A stretch of DNA of 64,000 nt from the IMG/VR virus record IMGVR_UViG_3300037247_001239, positions 10,579-74,578 of that record; one strand, written 5' to 3'. Numbering within the stretch: position 1 is the stretch's first letter; the number at the start of each line of letters is the position of its first letter. The notes under the pieces are model-generated. The model made no database searches, was not told where the DNA came from, and saw nothing but the letters and a program-made list of their open reading frames with translations. Of the stretch, positions 56,426 through 64,000 are shown in pieces. A program made the translations under genes and the position numbers. Source of the DNA: a virus.

Positions 56426-56889
56426 CACTTGCCCTTGCCCGCCCGTACGGCTTTCAACGCGGCCCGGCAGATGGCCAGGGGAAGGTCGGCGTTGAGCATG
56501 AGCCAATAGGCGACGCTCTTGCGAATGGTCTGTGTATAGTCCCACTGGTCGCGCTGCCCGATTAGCGCATGGTGAAACATACCCCGTGTCGCCTCGTCTT
56601 GTTGACGGACCCACTGGACCAACTCCCACGCTGCGGCAATGTCGCAGGACCATGCTGGGCCGTGATAGCTCGGCGACAACTCCCGCTGGCGAGAATCTGT
56701 CAAATCACATTCAACGTACTCTGGCGGCTCAAGCCAACGCTCACTGGGGTCCACCAACGTCCGTCGTAATGGCCCATCTGGACTCTGATAGTCCAGGTCG
56801 AAGTACCGCATCCACTTCCACTTTTCTACCTCGACCGCCACCACGACATCCAGCTCCCACCCCGCTTCCATCGTGTCGATATCGCTCAT
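56425..56889 (-). CDS. phage ABA-sandwich-like domain protein
   Basis: AGWELD..VA, DIAAAWELV, PLAICRAAL. Confidence 0.7.
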   Translation of the reverse strand: MSDIDTMEAGWELDVVVAVEVEKWKWMRYFDLDYQSPDGPLRRTLVDPSERWLEPPEYVECDLTDSRQRELSPSYHGPAWSCDIAAAWELVQWVRQQDEATRGMFHHALIGQRDQWDYTQTIRKSVAYWLMLNADLPLAICRAALKAVRAGKGK

Positions 56890-57131
56890 CGCTTTCTCCC
56901 CATCCTTTGCAAGGTTAGCCACATCTCTGGGCCCGTCCCAAACGCACGGCCAATAGCCTCGGCGTCCATCGCACGCATCCCGTTGGTTCCGTTGATGATG
57001 CTCGACACTTCGCTCGGCGACAGGCCAGTGCGGCCAGCCAGGTCGGCGTGCGACCAGCCTCGCTCATCCAGCTCCTCTTGGATGAGTTCGCCGACGGGAA
57101 ACGTCTCGGCGGGGATGCGTTTTGCGTTCAT
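56886..57131 (-). CDS. HigA-like XRE HTH protein
   Basis: PVGELIQEELDERGWS..LA..IING..FGT.PEMWL.LQ. Confidence 0.85.
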   Translation of the reverse strand: MNAKRIPAETFPVGELIQEELDERGWSHADLAGRTGLSPSEVSSIINGTNGMRAMDAEAIGRAFGTGPEMWLTLQRMGRKR

Positions 57132-57418
57132 CGCTTCTCCAACAAGAAATCCATGACCGCCAGCATCCTGCCGTCGGAGAACCGCACACCCATCTGCACG
57201 CCGTTCTCGATCCAGTCAATCGAATACTGACCGGCAGGCTCCTGCTGCAGTCGGAGGTCATTGGCGGCCGAGAGGAACGCCGGAACATCGACCACGGTGT
57301 CGTTCAGGCCACTTCCGTTGCATGAGCTGCAATCTGTGTCCTGTTCGCAGTGCGGGCAGACGTACTCGCCCTCGCCGGCGCACTCGGGGCAAGCGTAGGG
57401 TGATCCGTATCTGGTCAT
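57128..57418 (-). CDS. CxxCxGxG Zn-finger protein
   Basis: CPECAGEG..CSSCNGSG. Confidence 0.7.
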   Translation of the reverse strand: MTRYGSPYACPECAGEGEYVCPHCEQDTDCSSCNGSGLNDTVVDVPAFLSAANDLRLQQEPAGQYSIDWIENGVQMGVRFSDGRMLAVMDFLLEKR

Positions 57419-57624
57419 GGTTTTTCCTCGTCTTCTACGTTGACCGAAACAGTGGACTCCAATAGCTCCGCATGGAAGTTCTGCAATCGCTCCATTGCCT
57501 CCAAGTATTCTCGTGGAATCGTCAGGCCGAACGCATGGAAGAACTGGGCAACCTTAGTAAGTGCGATTGACAGGTTGTTTGCGTCGTGCTTTGCCTGACT
57601 CAAGTCAGATGCTTTCATCGCCAA
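57415..57624 (-). CDS. hypothetical protein
   Basis: Coupled ORF. Confidence 0.5.
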   Translation of the reverse strand: MAMKASDLSQAKHDANNLSIALTKVAQFFHAFGLTIPREYLEAMERLQNFHAELLESTVSVNVEDEEKP

Positions 57625-58001
57625 AACTCCTCTACTTCCCAGCCGCCGCCGTCCTTCTTTTTGCGACGGCTAACCATGATGAAATGAAATGGGTATTTAC
57701 TGGCCGCTACCTTGATCTTGTTGATGTTCTTTTCGTCTCGGAACCCCTTCAACTCATGTAGTTCAAGCCGCCCGCCCGGAAGCATTACAACAAAATCTGG
57801 CGTGTACGTTTGGCCTGGCCTGCCTGGTGTGCTGAACGTCAGCCGAAACGTCAGCCCCTCGTAGACGTACCACTCGATGTCGCCAGCCCGCCGTCGCAGT
57901 TCCAACAGCTCGGCGTAGGCGGTCTCTAGTTTGTTCATCTGGCCCGGCGGCGTGCGTCCAGTCCTGCCCTGGGCAAATGTTTTCCACGGCGCGGTTCGCA
58001 T
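57615..58001 (-). CDS. DUF1064-like PD-(D/E)xK nuclease
   Basis: MNKLE..Y, YTPDF, HELKG. Confidence 0.8.
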   Translation of the reverse strand: MRTAPWKTFAQGRTGRTPPGQMNKLETAYAELLELRRRAGDIEWYVYEGLTFRLTFSTPGRPGQTYTPDFVVMLPGGRLELHELKGFRDEKNINKIKVAASKYPFHFIMVSRRKKKDGGGWEVEEFWR

Positions 58002-58107
58002 CACGTCGCCTCCGTTTCTGTTGTGGGTTCTCTCATCCACGGCCCGACTTCCTGGTCGAGCCGGCGGGCCCAGATCACTTCCTCACAGCGGTAGCAGTTG
58101 GGTAGGG

Positions 58108-58770
58108 TCACGACTGCACTCCCATCGTCTCCCGCGTCCGGCAAGCCAGGCAGATGCCGCCCGGTAAAACAATCTCGACTCTCACTCGACACCGGACACA
58201 CCTAACTCTCTGCCCCTCGACGTTGCGGCCAGCTTGCGCGGGCTCGCTTTCCGTAGCAGCCTCGCCGTTATCAACGTAAATGATTTTGCGTTTCAACTTC
58301 AAACTCTTAATCCAATGGTAGACCACTGCGGTGCTGACCCCGTAATGTGCTGCCAATAAGCCTACCCCTCCCACGGTCAGGCATCGTACCCGAAAATCAA
58401 CAGGGACAACCTTCTTCGCACGAGGCACCGCGAGACCCTTCTTCGCGCGAGGCGCCGCAAAGCTCTTGCCCTTCATGGCCAATCTGACTTCTTTTGTGCT
58501 CATACCTTCATCGTTCTGTAATCGTGATATGAGCCGTCCCACCCAATGTCGCCTGCGAGGGCCACGAGATTTGTGACAAAGACATGCCTTGCCCTCTCCC
58601 AGCCAGATGAGCTTGCCCTTGCACTTGTGACAGAGCCCCTTGGCCCCCAAGAGCAAGCACCACCGACGCTGTTTTGTTATCCGACGAAATCGGTCGATCA
58701 CCTCATCCCTAGCCTCTCCCGTGAGCGTTACGTACTCATTAATCTGCGATTCAAGTATCACGGTCCCCAT
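58108..58770 (-). CDS. basic hypothetical protein with HTH-like segment
   Basis: LAAHYGVSTAVVYHW. Confidence 0.5.
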   Translation of the reverse strand: MGTVILESQINEYVTLTGEARDEVIDRFRRITKQRRWCLLLGAKGLCHKCKGKLIWLGEGKACLCHKSRGPRRRHWVGRLISRLQNDEGMSTKEVRLAMKGKSFAAPRAKKGLAVPRAKKVVPVDFRVRCLTVGGVGLLAAHYGVSTAVVYHWIKSLKLKRKIIYVDNGEAATESEPAQAGRNVEGQRVRCVRCRVRVEIVLPGGICLACRTRETMGVQS

Positions 58771-58985
58771 CCTTTCCGTTTCTTCGCCGGCTGCACTAGC
58801 TCGGCTTCTTGGCACCGCCGATGTTCTCGCTCAAAGGCTTTCGCCACGTCGCACCAATACGTGACCGACAGCGGCACCTCGAACCGTTGCCTCGCACCAC
58901 AGTGCTCACACGACAGAGAGTAGGCATCATCCCCGCCAGTGCCGTCCTGAATGACAATCCAGTCGGGGGTGGTTTTGGGGCTCAT
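58758..58985 (-). CDS. Zn-binding hypothetical protein
   Basis: CEHCG..F..EHRRC. Confidence 0.65.
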   Translation of the reverse strand: MSPKTTPDWIVIQDGTGGDDAYSLSCEHCGARQRFEVPLSVTYWCDVAKAFEREHRRCQEAELVQPAKKRKGWGP

Positions 58986-59785
58986 CGCGTTTCCCCCTTG
59001 TCGAGGGCCGTGAGTGCGTCGTGGACAGACTCCAGTTCACAGCGGGCTGCAGCAATAGCCCTCAAGAGTTTTGGGGGCACGGCTTTTTGTAGGTCTCGGA
59101 TCCTATTCTCTGCACTCCACTCACACACATGGCCATCATCCCCGACCATATTTAGGTCCCGTAACAACTGCTGGACAGCGTCGTAACTCTTCATCTGCTG
59201 CTTCAGATTACGGCTCTCTGTTTCGACGACGGTGATACGTTTCTCGACAACCTCTCGAATTGCCTTGCTCACCCGCCAGCCAAAATCTGCGTCAATCTCG
59301 CGTTTGTTCATCCAGTCCTGCCAATACTCCTTGCAATACTGACGCTCATCCCGTTCTCCCACGACGCGGGTTCGGGAGAAGAGAAGGTACCGATAGAGAC
59401 TCTCAGGGATCTCGACATTGCGGTATGGTGCCTCCTTTTTGGAGTACAGCCGGGCCGCGTTCACGGACGACCACAACAGCCCGGCGTCCGCGGGCACTTC
59501 CTTGGGGTCTATCATCTTCGCGGGGCACACGAAATAGAACTTATTGCAGTACGGCAGATAGCCTTGCCACTTCTCGTCCTGTAAAAAGTCGCCCCGGCTG
59601 ACCTTGATTTCGTAGCCCACACACAACGGGTGACGGTACGACTTCTTTAGCGCCCACGCATCAAGCCGTTGGTGGCGTATGCCCGAAAGTTGAGACGGTC
59701 CATTCTTGCACTCCGGCACAAACACATCCCCGCCGTGGCGGACGGCCAGCAACTTCAGTAGGTCGGTGGCACAAATGGTTTTCAT
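58982..59785 (-). CDS. MmcB-like PD-(D/E)xK protein
   Basis: RLDAW, YEIKVSRGDFLQDEKW..Y..C..FYFV, GLL. Confidence 0.8.
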   Translation of the reverse strand: MKTICATDLLKLLAVRHGGDVFVPECKNGPSQLSGIRHQRLDAWALKKSYRHPLCVGYEIKVSRGDFLQDEKWQGYLPYCNKFYFVCPAKMIDPKEVPADAGLLWSSVNAARLYSKKEAPYRNVEIPESLYRYLLFSRTRVVGERDERQYCKEYWQDWMNKREIDADFGWRVSKAIREVVEKRITVVETESRNLKQQMKSYDAVQQLLRDLNMVGDDGHVCEWSAENRIRDLQKAVPPKLLRAIAAARCELESVHDALTALDKGETR

Positions 59786-60339
59786 CGCTTCCTCCTATCC
59801 CGGTCAACCAACTCGCGCACCGTCCCACTGGTCAATCGGGACTGAAGCCGGTGGTCGTACATTCGCCAAATCTCCGTTGGCTTGTCGTTGCTGACGTAGA
59901 TCGCCGGCCGGCACTCTCGCCAGTCCACGAACTGCTTCACAGCAGAGTAGTCAAACTCGGCGGCGTTGCCGGGCCGTGGCAGCCCTAGTTCGTCTAACAC
60001 AGCCAGATCGGTTCGCAGTATGCCCCATGGCGGATCTCTGGCGATGATGTCGCTCATCACGCCGTCAACCGTCCAATAGCGGGCGTAGGCTGTACGGTCA
60101 CAAAACGCCAGCACAGCCCGCGTCTTACCGTGGCCGACGGGACCGTGGAGGTAGAGCGGCCACGGCTTGCGCCCGATAGCCAACTCAACCAACACCCGTC
60201 GCAGGGGCTCGGCCACCATGGTCCATTCACGGGGTAGGCTCTGGGGGTAGATTCGCTTGGGTTCCGGGAGTCGCCTCAGAACGCGGATCCCTTCGTCGGG
60301 CACACGGTTGGGAATGTCGGCCGGATTGATGCGCGTCAT
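59782..60339 (-). CDS. DnaC/IstB-like helicase loader ATPase
   Basis: GPVGHGKT, VLDELG, YVSN, RLQSRL. Confidence 0.85.
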   Translation of the reverse strand: MTRINPADIPNRVPDEGIRVLRRLPEPKRIYPQSLPREWTMVAEPLRRVLVELAIGRKPWPLYLHGPVGHGKTRAVLAFCDRTAYARYWTVDGVMSDIIARDPPWGILRTDLAVLDELGLPRPGNAAEFDYSAVKQFVDWRECRPAIYVSNDKPTEIWRMYDHRLQSRLTSGTVRELVDRDRRKR

Positions 60340-61142
60340 TCGTAGATCCCCCCTCGTAACCAGCGGACGGGCGGGGTAGCCGTCCCGGACTTCGGCACTT
60401 CCATGAACTGCTGGACGTGTTTGGAGTCGCGGACGATGAGTTCGAGCGATTGGTAGACCGTCCTCCGTTCATTCTCGCCGCAGTGGTGTGGAGAGCGGTG
60501 GCAGCCGTCGATGGCCTGGCGAAGGTCCTGGACGGTCCAGGACTCCTGGAGGCGGTCCGCGATTTTCTTCCGCTCTTTGTCGCCGGGACGGGCTTGGGGG
60601 TGGTGGGTCTGGTAGTGAGAGATCACCGCGTCGATGTCTTCCGTCGCCACCGTCCCCCTTGGGGGACTAAGGGGGGGTTTCTTCTTCTTGTCATTCTTTA
60701 CATTCTTATCATTCTTGGTTGTTGACACCTGTTCGACACCTGTTCGACACTTGTTCGACACTTGTTCGACATCCTGTTTGACATCATCGCCAGGCACATC
60801 TTGGTATCTGCTGTAGTTGCAGATAGTTACGACGGAGAACCTCTTAGACGTTTCGACGGTCAGATTTTCCCACTTTTCCAATTCTTTGAGCCACCGCCAC
60901 ACCGTCCGGGACGATTTGTCTGATTTCGTCTTTTTGGGGTAGTAGGCTTTGTGGAGCGCAAACTGGCCTGTGATGAACTGGCCACGCTTTACCAGGACGG
61001 GCGAGAGTACCCTCTCTTCCTCGACCCACTTGTCTCTGTGGTTTGCCAAGATGAGGCAAAGGCTCCAGAGTTTCCACAGCTCCGGGCGCGCAAAGACACG
61101 ACTGTCGATGCTCTTTCGATAGAGTTTGACCCAGCCGTCCAT
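60336..61142 (-). CDS. phage replication initiator (lambda O / DnaD-like)
   Basis: GWVKLYRK, RGQFIT, VTICNY..YQ; internal iterons. Confidence 0.85.
   Translation of the reverse strand: MDGWVKLYRKSIDSRVFARPELWKLWSLCLILANHRDKWVEEERVLSPVLVKRGQFITGQFALHKAYYPKKTKSDKSSRTVWRWLKELEKWENLTVETSKRFSVVTICNYSRYQDVPGDDVKQDVEQVSNKCRTGVEQVSTTKNDKNVKNDKKKKPPLSPPRGTVATEDIDAVISHYQTHHPQARPGDKERKKIADRLQESWTVQDLRQAIDGCHRSPHHCGENERRTVYQSLELIVRDSKHVQQFMEVPKSGTATPPVRWLRGGIYE
60680..60785. repeat. replication-origin iterons TGTTCGACAC(C/T) plus AT-rich CATTCTT repeats
   Basis: 11-bp units at 60730, 60741, 60752, 60763; degenerate at 60720, 60775. Confidence 0.85.
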
Positions 61143-61188
61143 CCATCACCTCCGTGCTCTGCCGCCTATTTGGCTTCCTCTCCGTCGC

Positions 61189-61425
61189 TCAGTCCTCTGG
61201 CCACTCAACCCGCTCGAGCGCCTCCCACACGGCGTTGGGCACCCGCGACAGCCGTTCGCTGCCATCCCGGTTGACGGGCATCCAACCGCAGCCTCCAGTC
61301 CACTCAAAGAGGTAGGTGCGGCCGCCGTGGTTGATTTCAATGGGCTCACGCCCAACACAGACAAAACCGACTCGCCGGCGCTTGCCGTTGCCGGCCGGGA
61401 CGCTCAATGGTAGGCAGGGCATCAC
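61189..61425 (-). CDS. hypothetical protein
   Basis: Coupled ORF. Confidence 0.55.
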   Translation of the reverse strand: MMPCLPLSVPAGNGKRRRVGFVCVGREPIEINHGGRTYLFEWTGGCGWMPVNRDGSERLSRVPNAVWEALERVEWPED

Positions 61426-61721
61426 GCTTCCTTTCTCGCCACGGCCTCGGCGGCCTTGAGCACGCGAATGATCGTGACTCGTGATGTGTCGGACGGATCG
61501 AGAGAATTGCCGATGGTGTCGAGGCCAAAACCGTCGCGCTCCTTGTACTGCTGATGGCTCGGTTCGTAGCTGAACACATCCAGGATCACGGCCCGCAACC
61601 GCTCGACCTCATCGGCCAGCACAATGCAGTTGAGCCTGGCATCGCCGTTGCCCAGCGTAGCGGCGGGATACGTCTGCTTCCAGTACGCGGCTCGCTCTAT
61701 GGCATCAGCTATGTTCATCAC
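61422..61721 (-). CDS. hypothetical protein
   Basis: GGAGGTGA RBS; LADEVERLR. Confidence 0.65.
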   Translation of the reverse strand: MMNIADAIERAAYWKQTYPAATLGNGDARLNCIVLADEVERLRAVILDVFSYEPSHQQYKERDGFGLDTIGNSLDPSDTSRVTIIRVLKAAEAVARKEA

Positions 61722-61948
61722 TCACCTCCTGGGAATTCCCGCCGCTGTATTCGTCTGACTTTTACAACCACACTCAATTGCACGCAGAGGCATGCCACTC
61801 CTAGTCCGCATTCGCCGCGCCTGCAATCAAACCAGCCGATCGGCACCGGCAACAGCGGAATCCAGTTGTGCGGCCAGAGATACCGCACACGCCTGCACGC
61901 GGCCACCAGCACTATTGACTTCCCGTGGTAGCTTCTAGTTGCCATCAT
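61718..61948 (-). CDS. hypothetical protein
   Basis: GGAGGTGA RBS before ATGATG. Confidence 0.45.
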   Translation of the reverse strand: MMATRSYHGKSIVLVAACRRVRYLWPHNWIPLLPVPIGWFDCRRGECGLGVACLCVQLSVVVKVRRIQRREFPGGE

Positions 61949-63017
61949 CACCTCCGGGAAACTCTCGCCGCCGAGCCCACTCGGGAAACTCGGCCATGTT
62001 TGCGGCGACCTTGCCGTTGATTTCGAGCTGCTTGACGAAGACCGGCACGCCAGCCGCGTCGGCCTGGTCGACGAGCGACTTGACCCACTCCGGCTTGCAC
62101 GGGCGGCGGTGGGGGCCTGATTCGCAGCCGATGATGAGCCAATCGATGACAGGCGGCGTCGGATATTTCCCTTCGCAGCCGTATTCGCCGAACTCTTCGA
62201 TTGCACCACACCGCGGGCAACTTGTGTCGTAAGCATCCTCACCACAGCGACAGACCTCTGCGCACATCTCGTCGCCACAGCGCTGGCAAAACAGATGAGG
62301 TCCAGTAACATTGCCCACGTACTTACAGTCGACGCACGAGTAGTTTCCAGCCAAGTAGCCGTCGAGATCCAGCTCCTCCAGCAATGGTTCAATAGACAAG
62401 AATCTGAATACCGCCGGAACCTTCAGCAACTCCTCGACCCGCCACAGGCTGTCTGGGTGGCCGACCGTGGTGCCAAGGCCGACGTTAGGTGGCAGCAACT
62501 CGCCAGTCTTCTGCCAGCGAGCAAGCACGCAATCGCCGTGCGGATGACTGTACGCTACCACGGCTGACCTCTCGGCCACCATGTACGCAAATGCCGAGCT
62601 GCACAACAGTTTCGAGGCTCTGTCTGGCCGTTTTGTGAGAATCAGGAAGTGGTGACCAACTCTTCGCGTTCTCGGCGAGAGACATACGGCCAGCGTGCGG
62701 GCAATGTTGTCGTCAGACACCCCCTCATGGAACAAGTCATTCCACACCGACCAGACCGTCGGCTTGCGGACCCGCAGCGGCTTGTCGAGGTCGCCTTCTA
62801 TGAAGCGGACCTTACCGTTGAACTTGCCCTGCGCATTGAGCAGGCCAGCGTAGCGGGCTCGTATCTTGGCGTTGGGGTTGTGTTGGCGCATGTTCGATGC
62901 CGTCGCCGACCAGCAGTGGAGGCACTCGGGAGCGCAGGGAGTGCAGCCTGCGACTAACTCCCAGCCTTGGCCCCACCATAGCCCTTTCGCAACTCGTGCG
63001 GCGTCAACTTGCATCAC
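61935..63017 (-). CDS. DUF5131 (phage Gp37/Gp68) family protein
   Basis: GCTPCAPECLHCW, DLFHE, LTKRP, FLSIEPLL, WLIIGCESG, FVKQ. Confidence 0.9.
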   Translation of the reverse strand: MMQVDAARVAKGLWWGQGWELVAGCTPCAPECLHCWSATASNMRQHNPNAKIRARYAGLLNAQGKFNGKVRFIEGDLDKPLRVRKPTVWSVWNDLFHEGVSDDNIARTLAVCLSPRTRRVGHHFLILTKRPDRASKLLCSSAFAYMVAERSAVVAYSHPHGDCVLARWQKTGELLPPNVGLGTTVGHPDSLWRVEELLKVPAVFRFLSIEPLLEELDLDGYLAGNYSCVDCKYVGNVTGPHLFCQRCGDEMCAEVCRCGEDAYDTSCPRCGAIEEFGEYGCEGKYPTPPVIDWLIIGCESGPHRRPCKPEWVKSLVDQADAAGVPVFVKQLEINGKVAANMAEFPEWARRREFPGGDDGN

Positions 63018-63493
63018 TCACCCCTTTCCTTCGCAGTCTCGGTAGCTTTCATTTTCCGCTCCATGTGCATGGCCATTCTGGCAGCAGCTATCACGTTGCC
63101 GGCACAGCCCTCGAATTTACCGTCTGTGTACCCACGCTTATCTAGATGTTGGATAAACATTTTCCTGGACTGGCCACTTTGCCACACAGAAACGTCAGGC
63201 CGGGATAGGAATTCGACCAGTTTGATTTCCTCGCTGGCCCGCAGCCTCTCGACTTCGGCCGAGAGTTTCTTATTCAGGTCTTGATACTGCTCAGTCCAAA
63301 CAGCCATGAAGTCCAACAGCGTCACGCCGTGCGGATTGCGATTGCGTGCCTTGTCGCGTATCACGTCCATGAAATGAAGGGCTTTGTCGTGCTCCTCCCG
63401 CAGTCGCTCAATCTCCTTCTCCAAGCATCTTTTACACGGCGCGTGGTCCGTGGTCTGACCGCAAGCACATTGCTTCCAATAGCCTGTCATCAC
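63014..63493 (-). CDS. coiled-coil hypothetical protein
   Basis: EIERLR / AEVERLR. Confidence 0.65.
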   Translation of the reverse strand: MMTGYWKQCACGQTTDHAPCKRCLEKEIERLREEHDKALHFMDVIRDKARNRNPHGVTLLDFMAVWTEQYQDLNKKLSAEVERLRASEEIKLVEFLSRPDVSVWQSGQSRKMFIQHLDKRGYTDGKFEGCAGNVIAAARMAMHMERKMKATETAKERGE

Positions 63494-64000
63494 TCACCCC
63501 CTTCCTTCGCGGCCTCGGCGGCTTCCTCGTGGATCTGGTCGCACAACGAGCGTGCGAATTTGGCCCCTACGCAATCCTTACTGTCCCCATCGTCGGGGAA
63601 CAGGTCGGTCGGGTAGTAGCTCCGCACTTTGTCCACTGCCGCAGGGTATGCCCGCAGCCGCTCGACCTCGGCCGTCAGGGCTCGGTTATTTTCTTGGGTA
63701 GCAGCGTTTTCCTGAACTACTTCCGGAATTCCCCCGTAAGCTTCCAGGTCGTGAAGCTTATTTTTCAGCCACTCGACCTTCCTGACGACTGCATCCGGGG
63801 CGAAGTGATCCTTATTATTGCCCCAGAACAACTGACCAATCTGGTTGATGGCACCACAGAATCTATTACGAGCCTCTGTCATTCCGTCACGCTCGGCCTG
63901 TAGCCGCTTGACCTCGGCCACGGCATTGACGCGAGCTGTTTCAGCGATTCCCCATTCGGTGTGCCGAGCATTTCGTTCAGTCCGCAGCCGCTCGACCTCG
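63490..64000 (-). CDS. coiled-coil hypothetical protein, 5' end outside window
   Basis: Frame continues to the window edge with further EVERLR units. Confidence 0.6.
   Translation of the reverse strand, partial: EVERLRTERNARHTEWGIAETARVNAVAEVKRLQAERDGMTEARNRFCGAINQIGQLFWGNNKDHFAPDAVVRKVEWLKNKLHDLEAYGGIPEVVQENAATQENNRALTAEVERLRAYPAAVDKVRSYYPTDLFPDDGDSKDCVGAKFARSLCDQIHEEAAEAAKEGGE

Noticed and set aside
1-64000. tRNA/rRNA genes, reverse transcriptase systems (DGR, retron), stop-codon reassignment
   Set aside because: None seen by eye; core genes are intact in the standard code. A tRNAscan/Infernal run would be needed to be certain.

Overview
The whole window is phage DNA: a tailed, podovirus-like dsDNA phage or prophage. 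The host is probably a GC-rich Planctomycetota-like bacterium; this is inferred only from protein style (Tat-like leaders, secreted trypsin-like protease). A + strand arm (1-9620) of small accessory genes converges on a very long - strand arm (about 9670-64000). The - arm carries, in transcription order: accessory genes, a lambda-O-like initiator with internal iterons plus a DnaC-like loader, a C5 DNA methyltransferase, a strong terminator, a lysis/secreted-enzyme block, fibre-like proteins, a glycosylation island (GT2s, radical SAMs, a LicD-cytidylyltransferase fusion), scaffold, capsid, terminase, portal, tail adaptor/nozzle and ejection proteins. A lone + strand serine recombinase sits near the convergence point. 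The most striking observations are: (1) early genes share a start-associated motif ACCCT..GGAGTTGAGACnATG, and a 12-bp hairpin at the end of that arm (9629-9661) displays its exact complement in the loop, a candidate phage anti-RBS regulatory RNA; (2) a promoter-driven, roughly 320-nt structured RNA directly upstream of an HNH nuclease; (3) a candidate virion (phosphono)glycan-tailoring island; (4) several genes flanked by direct repeats of their own start region; (5) opposed 11-bp-phased arrays in a non-coding region; (6) an apparently split tail-nozzle gene. All family assignments come from motif recognition by eye; no searches were run.
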